DNA from: a virus
Taxonomy: Duplodnaviria; Caudoviricetes
Length of the DNA stretch: 37,640 nucleotides
IMG/VR virus record: IMGVR_UViG_3300038393_001050
Span: 1 to 37,640 of that record
Reading direction: 5' to 3' (one strand)
Positions 16,167 to 24,757 of this stretch are shown here, piece after piece. The notes under the pieces were generated by a model. That model ran no database searches, was not told the origin of the DNA, and saw only the letters and a list, made by a program, of their open reading frames with translations. The position numbers and the translations under genes were made by a program. The stretch's first letter is position 1. Each line of letters opens with the position of its first letter.

Positions 16167-17165
16167 ATGACGACCGAAACCACCCCGAACGAGGGCGTTT
16201 CCCAAGAGCTGGACGAGAACGCACTGGCGGCCGCTTTTGAACAGGTGCCCACTGAGGGCGAATCAGTGCCGGCCGATGCGACTGCCGAGTCGCAAGAGGC
16301 AACCACGACCGAGAACGAAACACCCGAATCTGCCGATCCTGAGGAAGCCCAGGCCAGCAGCATCGAGTATCTGGACCAGTTCGCCAAAGAGTCGGGCGTC
16401 GAGCTGAGCGATCTGCTCGGCCTGAAGGTCAAGCTCAAGGTGGATGGCGAGGAGAAAGACGCCACGCTGCAGGACATCATCAAGATCAATCAGTTGGAGG
16501 GGCACGTCAATCGGAAAAGCATCGAGCTGTCGGAGAAGCAGAAAGCGTTCGAGGCGGAACAGGTCCAACTGCGCAACGATTGGCAGCAGAAGATCCAGAT
16601 GGCCGGTTCCGTGATCGACAACCAGGAGCGCCAGTTGGCCCAGGAGTACCAGGGCATCGACTGGAACGCGCTCTATCGGGTCGACCCCGCGCAGTACAGC
16701 GCACTGCAACTGCGATTCCAGCAGGCGCACGGCGAGATCGTGCAGCAGAAGCAGGCGCTGGCCCAGCACTACCAGCAGAACATCACGCAACTGCGTGAGA
16801 CGACCCGTCCCAAGGCTATCGAGACGATCCGTTCGCAGAACCCCGACTTGGCCGATGACGTGAGCTACGGCAACGCGCTCGCGGACATCAAGAGTTACCT
16901 CAAGTCGATTGGTGCGGACGATAAGAACTTCGACGCCGTCGAGATGGACCCCGTCGTGTTCAAGGTGGCGCGAGATGCGGCCCGCTATCAGCAGATCGCA
17001 TCGAAGAAGCCCGACATCAGCGCCAAGCTGAAGGTCGCCCCGACGATGCAGAAGCCTTCTCCGAAGGAATCCCTCGGCACGAATGCCGCGCGCCTTAAGG
17101 GCATCCGCGAACGCGCCTTCAAAGGCGATAGCGACGCCCAGGCCGCTTTCCTCGAATCCCTCTAG
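16167..17165 (+). CDS. Capsid scaffolding protein
   Basis: Acidic N-terminus, KVDGEEKDATL, IDWNALYRVDP, coiled coil; precedes the capsid gene. Confidence 0.85.
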   Translation: MTTETTPNEGVSQELDENALAAAFEQVPTEGESVPADATAESQEATTTENETPESADPEEAQASSIEYLDQFAKESGVELSDLLGLKVKLKVDGEEKDATLQDIIKINQLEGHVNRKSIELSEKQKAFEAEQVQLRNDWQQKIQMAGSVIDNQERQLAQEYQGIDWNALYRVDPAQYSALQLRFQQAHGEIVQQKQALAQHYQQNITQLRETTRPKAIETIRSQNPDLADDVSYGNALADIKSYLKSIGADDKNFDAVEMDPVVFKVARDAARYQQIASKKPDISAKLKVAPTMQKPSPKESLGTNAARLKGIRERAFKGDSDAQAAFLESL

Positions 17166-17179
17166 TTTAGGAGCCTTCC

Positions 17180-18121
17180 ATGGCCGTTCCGAGCAATACC
17201 TTTCAGTCGGTTTCCGTCGTCGGCAACCGTGAAGACCTGGCCAACATGGTCTTCAACGTCGATCCCGACGTGACCGTGCTGCAGACCGCCCTCAAGAAGG
17301 GCAAGGCAACCAACACCTACCACGAGTGGCTGACCGATGCGTTCGCGTCGCCCAACGCCGCCAACGCCCACATCCAGGGTGATGACGCCAGCGCCGATGC
17401 GCTGACCGCCGCTGTCCGTCTGGGCAACTACACGCAGATCAGCGCGCACACCGCCCAGATCGCCGGCACCAACTCGGCCGTCAACTCGGCGGGCACCGTG
17501 GGCAAGATGGGCTATCAGCTGCTCAAGAAGGTCAAGGAGCTGAAGCGCGACGTGGAAGCGTCGATCTTCGACAACCACGCGCGCACCGCTCCGACGACCA
17601 GCGTTGCCGGCGTCTCGGCGGGCTTGCCTGCGTGGCTGAAGACCAATACCAGCTTCGGCGCGACGGGTGCCAACCCGACGGGCGATGGTTCCAATACCCG
17701 CACGGCGGGTACGGCCCGCGCCCTGACCGAATCGATGTTGCAGGGCGTGCTGCTCTCGGCGTTCCAGGCGACCGGCCAGATTCCGAAGCTGGCCTTCGCC
17801 TACCCGAAGCAGAAGCAGCAGATCTCGGCGTTCCAGGGCAACGGCACGCGCTTTGTGGAGCTGCAGGGTCGCAAGCTGAATACCGCGTTCGATATCTACG
17901 TGTCGGACTTTGGTGAGGTGACCATCGTTCCGTCGATCTTCCAGGCGGCGGGCACCATCACGCTGATCCATCCGGATTACGTGAAGCTGGCCTATCTGCG
18001 CCCGTTCCAGAAGGTGCCGCTGGCCAAGACCGGCGACAGCGAGAAGGTGCAGATCCTGCAGGAATGGACGCTGGAAATGTCCAACGAGAAGGCCCATGCG
18101 GCCGTCTACGACCTGAGCTGA
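17180..18121 (+). CDS. Major capsid protein (SU10/DUF5309-like)
   Basis: GNREDLAN, HEWLTD, NYTQI, ELKRDVE, YVSDFG, LAKTGDSEK, EWTLE. Confidence 0.95.
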   Translation: MAVPSNTFQSVSVVGNREDLANMVFNVDPDVTVLQTALKKGKATNTYHEWLTDAFASPNAANAHIQGDDASADALTAAVRLGNYTQISAHTAQIAGTNSAVNSAGTVGKMGYQLLKKVKELKRDVEASIFDNHARTAPTTSVAGVSAGLPAWLKTNTSFGATGANPTGDGSNTRTAGTARALTESMLQGVLLSAFQATGQIPKLAFAYPKQKQQISAFQGNGTRFVELQGRKLNTAFDIYVSDFGEVTIVPSIFQAAGTITLIHPDYVKLAYLRPFQKVPLAKTGDSEKVQILQEWTLEMSNEKAHAAVYDLS

Positions 18122-18145
18122 TCCATCCACTCACTGGTGGTGTTC

Positions 18146-18176
18146 AAGGGCGTCCTTCGGGGCGCCCTTTTCTTTT
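18146..18176 (+). terminator. Intrinsic terminator after the capsid gene
   Basis: AAGGGCGTCC-TTCG-GGGCGCCCTT then TTCTTTT. Confidence 0.9.
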
Positions 18177-18186
18177 GGAGTGAACC

Positions 18187-18480
18187 ATGGATTTTGACGA
18201 TTTCAGCCACTTGCTGGCCGGCACGGGCAAGAACGTGGCCATTGGAGCCGCGTCTGTTCAATCTGCGGCAGTCGGCTCGCAGACCTACGCCATTCGCGTG
18301 GTGGCGACCGGCGCATGCCACATCGAAACCGGTCCCAATCCCACGGCGACGGCCTCGTCTGCGCTCATCGCGGCTAACGTCACGGGGGAGTACTTCAAGG
18401 TCAGCCCTGGCGACAAGGTGGCAGTGATCCAGGACGGCTCGGCCACGGGCAACTTGAACATCGTGGAGCTTTCCAAGTGA
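18187..18480 (+). CDS. Small beta-rich virion protein (possible decoration)
   Basis: IRVVAT...GPNPTAT...EYFKVSPGDKVAVI; GGAG RBS; position. Confidence 0.65.
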   Translation: MDFDDFSHLLAGTGKNVAIGAASVQSAAVGSQTYAIRVVATGACHIETGPNPTATASSALIAANVTGEYFKVSPGDKVAVIQDGSATGNLNIVELSK

Positions 18481-18779
18481 ACCGCTCTATGACGGAGCGG
18501 TATCGCTTCGATCCGGAAGGAAACCTGGTCATCAAGCGCGAGGCCGTGCTCGATGACCACCTCGACGCGTGCCATGCGTTGCGCCAGAACGGCGACGAGA
18601 CGGGCAAGTTCCGGAAGGGCTTCATGCACCACGTGGCCTCGATCCCGCCGATTCTGTACTTGGATCTGCTGAAGGACGGAATCGACCTTTTCAACCTCAA
18701 CGAGGACACGAAAAAGCGCCTGTTCCAGAAGCTCAATCTGGAAATGCCCAAGCTCAAGACCGTCAACGCGAGGCTCTAA
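18477..18779 (+). CDS. Conserved head-tail module protein
   Basis: HHVASIP motif; coupled. Confidence 0.7.
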   Translation: MNRSMTERYRFDPEGNLVIKREAVLDDHLDACHALRQNGDETGKFRKGFMHHVASIPPILYLDLLKDGIDLFNLNEDTKKRLFQKLNLEMPKLKTVNARL

Positions 18780-18782
18780 GGC

Positions 18783-19400
18783 GTGATTACCGACTACGCC
18801 AGCCTCCAGAGTGCGATCACGGACTATTTGGACCGCGCCGACCTCTCGACCGTCGTCACAACCCTCATTGCCATGGGCGAGTCGCGCATCTATCGCGATC
18901 TGCGCGTGCGCGATATGGAGAAAACGACCGCCGCGACGATCACGAATGCCAGTTTCGCGGTTCCGAGCGACTATGTAGAGGCCAAAAACCTCTACGTCAC
19001 CGACTCGACCGGAAATTACCTGTACGAGTTGGAGCGCGTGGCGCCGTTCTGGCTGCGTTCGACCTATCAGCAGCAGTCAGGGCAAGGGCAGCCAAGCTTC
19101 TATGCCCGCGAAGCCGGCAATTTCGTCGTCGGTCCGTACCCGGACGCCAGCTATCCGGTCACGCTGCTCTATTACGCGCGTCTGCCCAGCCTGAGCGGCA
19201 CCAATACCACCAACTGGCTAACCAGTAACAACCCGGACCTGATCTTTGCTGCGGCGATGCTGGAAGCGGGCACGTACCAGCAGGACGACCAGGCGGTCAG
19301 CTATTGGGAAACGCGTTACCAGCAGATCGCCCAGGCCGTTGCGCTGGCTGACAAGCGCGAGCGCATGAGCGGCTCGCCTGGCGTGATGAGGCCGGCCTGA
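18783..19400 (+). CDS. Head-tail adaptor
   Basis: ITDYASLQSAITDYLDRADL...ESRIYRDLRVRDME...TNWLTSNNPDL. Confidence 0.85.
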   Translation: MITDYASLQSAITDYLDRADLSTVVTTLIAMGESRIYRDLRVRDMEKTTAATITNASFAVPSDYVEAKNLYVTDSTGNYLYELERVAPFWLRSTYQQQSGQGQPSFYAREAGNFVVGPYPDASYPVTLLYYARLPSLSGTNTTNWLTSNNPDLIFAAAMLEAGTYQQDDQAVSYWETRYQQIAQAVALADKRERMSGSPGVMRPA

Positions 19401-20815
19401 TGCAGCCCTTAGTGGTGCAGTTCGGCGAGTGGTCGCCGGATGATGACCGCAACATCTCGCCTGGCACGCCCTCGCCGTATCTCAACGCGCAGACCGTGCC
19501 GATTGAAGATGCACTAAACGTGCTCTACACGGGTTCGGCGTGGCGCCTATTCCAGCCGCTGGCGACCTCGGGCACGGCGCTGGCTGCGGCTCCGTCCGAT
19601 GCGGTGATGGTCGACAACGCGGTCTCGCTGGTCACCTTCGCGCAGGCCAACGGGCATCTCTACAAGATCGCTGCCGGCGTCATCACGGACGTATCGAAGG
19701 CGGGGAACTACACCGCCGGGCAGGCGTGGGACTTCGAGCAGTTCGGCGACTGCCTACTGGCGACCAACGGCGTCGATCCGGTGCAGGATTTCGACATCGG
19801 ATCGTCCACGGCCTTTGCGGACCTCGCTGGATCACCGCCGAAGGCATATGTGGTCGGGAAGGTCCGCGACTTCGTAGTGCTTGGCAATACGACGGACGCG
19901 AGCGGCTCCCATCCCTATCGCGTGCAGTGGTCCGCCATCGGCGACCCGACCAACTGGCCCACGCCGCTGACGCAATCGGCTCGCGCCTACCAGTCCGGCT
20001 ATCAGGACAACTACAGCGAATACGGGCAGGTGCAGTACATCGCCCAGGGCGAGGAATTCGGGCTTATCTTCCAGGAGCGTGGCATCGTTCGCATGCAATA
20101 CGTCGGCGGCGATGTGGTGTTCCAGTTCTACACCTTCGAGCGCAAGCGCGGACTCATCACGCGCAAAGCGGCGGCGCAGATCGGCACGCAGGTCTATTTC
20201 CTGTCGGGCGACGGCTTCTACGCGACCGATGGCACGTCGGTGCAGCCCATCGGCTACGGCAAGGTCAATCGATGGTTCTTGGCCAACTGCTACGACATGA
20301 CCAAGGTTCGCGCGGCGGTCGATAGCGTGTCTCAGTGTGTCTATTGGACCTACCCCAGCACATCGTCGGGCATTAGCGATAGCGTCATCATCTACAACTT
20401 CGCGGAGCAGCGTTGGAGCCATGCGTCGAACACGACCTATGCGCTTTTCCAAGGCTTAAGCAGTAGCGCCCATCTTCCGCAAGCCTTCGATGCGGCAAAC
20501 AAGGTAGGCGGCTTCACCGGCACTCAAGCGGGCGCGGTGATCGAAACCAAGACCTTCCGCCTTCAGCCGAACATGCGGTCCATTGTTTCCGGTGCGCGAG
20601 CACTAGCTGACGATGTGGCGCAGATCGCCGTAGCCGCCACGCAGACCGATGACGATCCTGTGACGTTCGGTAGCTTCGCGGCCCGTGGCTCGCGCTCTCG
20701 CATGTCGCCGCTGCGAGCCAATGGCTACGCCCATGCCTTCAAGGCCGCGCTAGGGTCCGCGACGACCTATGCGCAGGGCTTAGAGATCGTCCAGGCCGCG
20801 CGGAGCCGCATGTGA
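19400..20815 (+). CDS. Tail nozzle / DNA stabilisation protein (gp10-like)
   Basis: FGEWSPD, VRDFVVLG, RVQWSAIGDP, FLSGDGFY, IGYGKV; beta-propeller-like. Confidence 0.85.
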   Translation: MQPLVVQFGEWSPDDDRNISPGTPSPYLNAQTVPIEDALNVLYTGSAWRLFQPLATSGTALAAAPSDAVMVDNAVSLVTFAQANGHLYKIAAGVITDVSKAGNYTAGQAWDFEQFGDCLLATNGVDPVQDFDIGSSTAFADLAGSPPKAYVVGKVRDFVVLGNTTDASGSHPYRVQWSAIGDPTNWPTPLTQSARAYQSGYQDNYSEYGQVQYIAQGEEFGLIFQERGIVRMQYVGGDVVFQFYTFERKRGLITRKAAAQIGTQVYFLSGDGFYATDGTSVQPIGYGKVNRWFLANCYDMTKVRAAVDSVSQCVYWTYPSTSSGISDSVIIYNFAEQRWSHASNTTYALFQGLSSSAHLPQAFDAANKVGGFTGTQAGAVIETKTFRLQPNMRSIVSGARALADDVAQIAVAATQTDDDPVTFGSFAARGSRSRMSPLRANGYAHAFKAALGSATTYAQGLEIVQAARSRM

Positions 20816-21207
20816 CGCCCGTCGCCTCGCCGCTGATCCCGGCGCATTGGCCACGCATATGGTCGCTGCTGCAACCGGCTGTTGAGCGCGGTGGCGAGCA
20901 TACCGAACGTAGCGTCCTGACCGCATTGCTGCACGGCGGCATGGTGCTGTGGGTCGACGGAACGGACATCGCGCAGGCGCAGGCCGCCATCGTCACCTCG
21001 TGGTGCGACTACCCAGCAGGCCGCATCGGCTTCGTCCAATTCGCGGGTGGAAGCGCGGCTAAGGCATGGACGGGTAAGGCGGCCGAAACGTTCTGCGTCT
21101 GGGCGCAAAGCATGGGCTGCAAGGAGCTTCGCCTGATCGGGCGCAAAGGGTGGGGTCGACTGCTTGGTCAGGCGCCTGCCGATTACACGTATTCGCGGAG
21201 GCTCTGA
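20812..21207 (+). CDS. Conserved podovirus tail-module protein, possibly GNAT-like fold
   Basis: WAQSMGCKELRLIGRKGWGR. Confidence 0.7.
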   Translation: MTPVASPLIPAHWPRIWSLLQPAVERGGEHTERSVLTALLHGGMVLWVDGTDIAQAQAAIVTSWCDYPAGRIGFVQFAGGSAAKAWTGKAAETFCVWAQSMGCKELRLIGRKGWGRLLGQAPADYTYSRRL

Positions 21208-21209
21208 CC

Positions 21210-22172
21210 ATGGTGGCTTTTGTTGCGGGCATGCCTCCCACGCCATCGCCAGGCGCCCCCGCGCCCATCACCTTCGGGATGAATAAGGACCCGTCGCAGT
21301 CCATGTCGCTTACGCCGGGCGCCGGCAATATGGGAATGTTTAGCGGAGGCTATGCATCCGGCGTCGGTGGACCATCTAGCGCCGTTGGAAGTGGTGGCGC
21401 GGGCAGCTTGGCATCGACGCTCAACACATCGCTATCCATTAAGGATCTGGCGCCCGTTAACGTGAGCGCCATTACGTCAGGCGGTCCATTCGGAATCGAT
21501 TTCTATGCGGGTGGCGGAGGGATGGGAGCGGGTGCCGGACCATCAGCCGGGTCACCTAGTGTGCCGTTTCATGTCACTGATCTAGCGCCAACCAAGGTGA
21601 CGGCGCAGATGCCGGCGCCAACCAGTTGGTTCGACAACTACATGATGTGGTCGCGTGACCACCCCGTAGTATCGAAGCTGGCCGAGAACGTAGCTGGGGT
21701 CGCCATCCCCATGCTGAAACCCGTGCTTGTAGCGGCTCACACCTACTACAACTCACAGCATGGCCAGCCGCTCTTTGGCGACATGTTCGGCAAGCTCACG
21801 GGCATGTTCGATGGGCTCGGCTCACTCGGTAATGGCCCGGGCGCCCCTCTGTCGAACAATGACAACAACCCGCTATTCGCCAATTTCGACAACAGCGCGA
21901 CCACCAGCGGCTCGGGCGCCACTGGCGGAGGCCCATTGAATGGCGTGGGTAGCCCGTCAATCGCCACGTCCGGCGCGCTCCCTTACTACCCTGGCTTGAG
22001 TGCCCTATCGGGCGGCTCCGCTCCTATCGGCGGCTTCTGGAATCAGCAGGCGTTGCGCGATGCAGCGCCCGCCTACGGGCCTTATGCCGGATTCGCTCAA
22101 GGCATTGCACCCAACCCCAACCCCTACGGGCTCCCCCAGGCGCTCGCCCCCGCCGGCATTCGAGGGTCGTAA
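21210..22172 (+). CDS. Gly/Pro/Ser-rich putative ejection protein
   Basis: GGAGG RBS and ATG at 21210; low complexity; first of four ejection-type genes. Confidence 0.65.
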   Translation: MVAFVAGMPPTPSPGAPAPITFGMNKDPSQSMSLTPGAGNMGMFSGGYASGVGGPSSAVGSGGAGSLASTLNTSLSIKDLAPVNVSAITSGGPFGIDFYAGGGGMGAGAGPSAGSPSVPFHVTDLAPTKVTAQMPAPTSWFDNYMMWSRDHPVVSKLAENVAGVAIPMLKPVLVAAHTYYNSQHGQPLFGDMFGKLTGMFDGLGSLGNGPGAPLSNNDNNPLFANFDNSATTSGSGATGGGPLNGVGSPSIATSGALPYYPGLSALSGGSAPIGGFWNQQALRDAAPAYGPYAGFAQGIAPNPNPYGLPQALAPAGIRGS

Positions 22173-22175
22173 TCC

Positions 22176-22991
22176 ATGAGTTCATCGTCTCCCAAGTCGG
22201 TTACCACGACCCAAAACACGCAGCTTCCTAGCTGGCTCGATAGCGCCAACCAGTACGGCGTAGGGCAGGCCCAGCAGCTCTATCAGCAGGGCGGACCGAA
22301 GTACTACCCCGGATCGACCGTGGCTCCGCTGTCATCGATTCAGGAGCAATACCTAACGTCAGCTAACAACCTTGCCACGGGCGGCAATCCGACGCTGACG
22401 GCAGCCAACGCCGAGACACAGAGGACGCTGGGCGGCCAGTACCTCGACCCGAACAGCAACCCGTATCTGGCCTCGACCTTCAACCAGGCGGCCAATGCGG
22501 TGCAGAACCGCGTGGCAAGCCAGTTCGGCGCATCCGGTCGCAACTTGGAAGCCTCGATTCCGGTCCAGAACGACCAAATGAACCAGCTCGCCACGCAGAT
22601 CTACGGCGGCAACTACGCCAACGAGCGGCAACTGATGGGGCAGGCGGCGAACACCGCTAGCGGGCTGAACACCTCCAACCTTGCCAACCTGCAGGGCGTT
22701 GCACAGGCCGGTGCGCTCTCGCAGCAGCAGGCGCAAAACTACATCAACGGCGCGCAGACGGCGTGGAACTACAACCAAAACCTGCCCTACAACAACCTCA
22801 ACCAGTACATGGGACTCATCAACTCGCTGCAGCACGGCGCGATGCAGACCAACCAGCAGCCGGTGTTCCAGAACACGGCGGGCAACGTGCTGGGCGGCGC
22901 CATGGCGGGCAGTCAGGTGGGTAGCGGGATGGGCGACTACGGTAGCTTGATCGGTGCTGGCATCGGTGCGCTTGCGGGGTACATGTCATGA
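22176..22991 (+). CDS. DNA ejection/pilot protein
   Basis: Q/N-rich, LDPNSNPYL, QIYGGNYANER, C-terminal glycine zipper GAGIGALAG. Confidence 0.8.
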   Translation: MSSSSPKSVTTTQNTQLPSWLDSANQYGVGQAQQLYQQGGPKYYPGSTVAPLSSIQEQYLTSANNLATGGNPTLTAANAETQRTLGGQYLDPNSNPYLASTFNQAANAVQNRVASQFGASGRNLEASIPVQNDQMNQLATQIYGGNYANERQLMGQAANTASGLNTSNLANLQGVAQAGALSQQQAQNYINGAQTAWNYNQNLPYNNLNQYMGLINSLQHGAMQTNQQPVFQNTAGNVLGGAMAGSQVGSGMGDYGSLIGAGIGALAGYMS

Positions 22992-24757
22992 GTCTTGCGG
23001 ACCTGAGCAGCGCGATCAGCAACCTTCAATTCAATCCCACGTTCAACATGGGCATGGGACTTATGGCTGCCTCTGGCCCGTCCCTGATGCCGCACAGCTT
23101 CGGGCAGGACCTGGCTAAGGGCGTGAGCATGTCGCAGCAGGCGCGCTTGGCTGCGATCCAGGCACGTATGGCCGAGTTGCAGGCGCAACGTTATGGCCTG
23201 CAGAACAGTGCCATCTCGGGCGTGCTGGGTAATGGGAGCATGGGTGGCGGCACCATCGGTCAAGGTGGCGGCGACTTTGCTACGCCCGATCAGGCCCGCG
23301 CAGCCACGGCCCAGCTTGCCCCTCCCGGCGCAGCGCCGAATGCCCCGATGCTCAGCTCCAGCAACGGGACGCCCGGCACCAGCTATAGCGACCCGAGTCA
23401 GCCCGAGCAGCCGCAGGTGAGCCATCTTGCCGACGGCATGGCGCAAGATCCGATGTTCAAGCTGGGCTTTGCGTTCGATCCTTCGGCGGCCTCGACGCAG
23501 TACCTCAACCGCGCCTATCCGCAGCCTACCGATTTCGTGAAGCAGCTCGACGCGGCTGGCATCGATCCGCGCTCGCCTATCGGTCGCCAGCTCCTGCAGC
23601 AGAACATCGCGAAACAGAACTATATCGCCCCGACTTCGCTGCGTGGTGGCGGCTACATGTACGACCCGCAGACCGGCGGCCTGACCAATCTTCCCTCGGT
23701 ATCGCCAGGGTTCCAGGTGGTCCGCGATCCTGTAACGGGCCAATTCCAAGAGGTGCCGGTGGCGGGTGGCATTCAAGCGGTGGGCGCTGCGGAGGCAGCC
23801 AAGGCAGGCGGCAAGGCATCCGTCACCCCCTATAGCTACGTTGGGCCGGACGGTCGAACGGTCAACACCACGCAGGGCAACTACGTGGGCGCCGTGAGCG
23901 GGCAGGGCGTGCCGCAGTCACCGGATCAGATTGCGTCCTCGTTGGCCGCCCGCGCAACGCAAATGGTCAAGGAGGGTATTCCGGACGACGTGGCGCAGTC
24001 GTGGCTACAGCGGCAGTTGCAGGCGGCCAATATCGGCGCGCAGCCGGCCTCGGCGGGTGCTCCGGGTGGCGCCATCAGCGGCCCTGCTCCTGGCTTCACG
24101 TCCGGGCAGGACACCGTTGCGAAGTCCAACGCTCAGCGCTACCAGGCCGTCATGGATGCTGGCCAGAACGCGGCCTCGCGCATGAACGTCTACGACAACC
24201 TTCGCGGCTTGCTCGATAGCGGCGTGCAAACCGGTTACGGCACGCAATGGCAGAACCATGCCCTGTCCGTAATCATGAACACGCCGGTCCTTAGCTCCAT
24301 GATCCCCGACAGTGCCAAGAAGGGCGCCATCGACTACCAGGTTGCGATGAAGTACATCGCGCAGGGTACCTTGCAGCGATTCCAGGGCCAGAAGGGCACC
24401 GGCACTGACTCGCAGCTTGAGGCTGTCGCCCACGGCAACACCAACCCCGAGCAGCTCGCCGGGGCGATGAAGAGTGTGTCGCGCTACTTGGAATCGCAGG
24501 ACATGGCTGACCTTGCCAAGGCTAACGCGCAGCAGTCATGGGCGGCCCAGAACGGCTACGACTACTCCAAACAGGATCGCTTCGAGAACGACTGGCGGGC
24601 GCACAACAATCCGCTGGTGTTCCAGTACAAGGCGGCCGATCCGGATGGGAAGAAGGAAATTCTTGATTCGCTCTCCCCGGCCCAGCGCGTCAAGCTCGCC
24701 CATGACATGCAGTTCATGAGCCCGTTCATCACTGTCACCCCTGCGGCGAACCACTGA
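22988..24757 (+). CDS. DNA ejection protein (gp20-like position)
   Basis: MGMGLMAASGP N-terminus; Q/A/G-rich helical composition; synteny. Confidence 0.7.
   Translation: MSLADLSSAISNLQFNPTFNMGMGLMAASGPSLMPHSFGQDLAKGVSMSQQARLAAIQARMAELQAQRYGLQNSAISGVLGNGSMGGGTIGQGGGDFATPDQARAATAQLAPPGAAPNAPMLSSSNGTPGTSYSDPSQPEQPQVSHLADGMAQDPMFKLGFAFDPSAASTQYLNRAYPQPTDFVKQLDAAGIDPRSPIGRQLLQQNIAKQNYIAPTSLRGGGYMYDPQTGGLTNLPSVSPGFQVVRDPVTGQFQEVPVAGGIQAVGAAEAAKAGGKASVTPYSYVGPDGRTVNTTQGNYVGAVSGQGVPQSPDQIASSLAARATQMVKEGIPDDVAQSWLQRQLQAANIGAQPASAGAPGGAISGPAPGFTSGQDTVAKSNAQRYQAVMDAGQNAASRMNVYDNLRGLLDSGVQTGYGTQWQNHALSVIMNTPVLSSMIPDSAKKGAIDYQVAMKYIAQGTLQRFQGQKGTGTDSQLEAVAHGNTNPEQLAGAMKSVSRYLESQDMADLAKANAQQSWAAQNGYDYSKQDRFENDWRAHNNPLVFQYKAADPDGKKEILDSLSPAQRVKLAHDMQFMSPFITVTPAANH

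Noticed and set aside
12676-18130. Long antisense ORFs opposite terL, portal and capsid (also opposite int)
   Set aside because: Typical high-GC antisense shadows of well-supported genes
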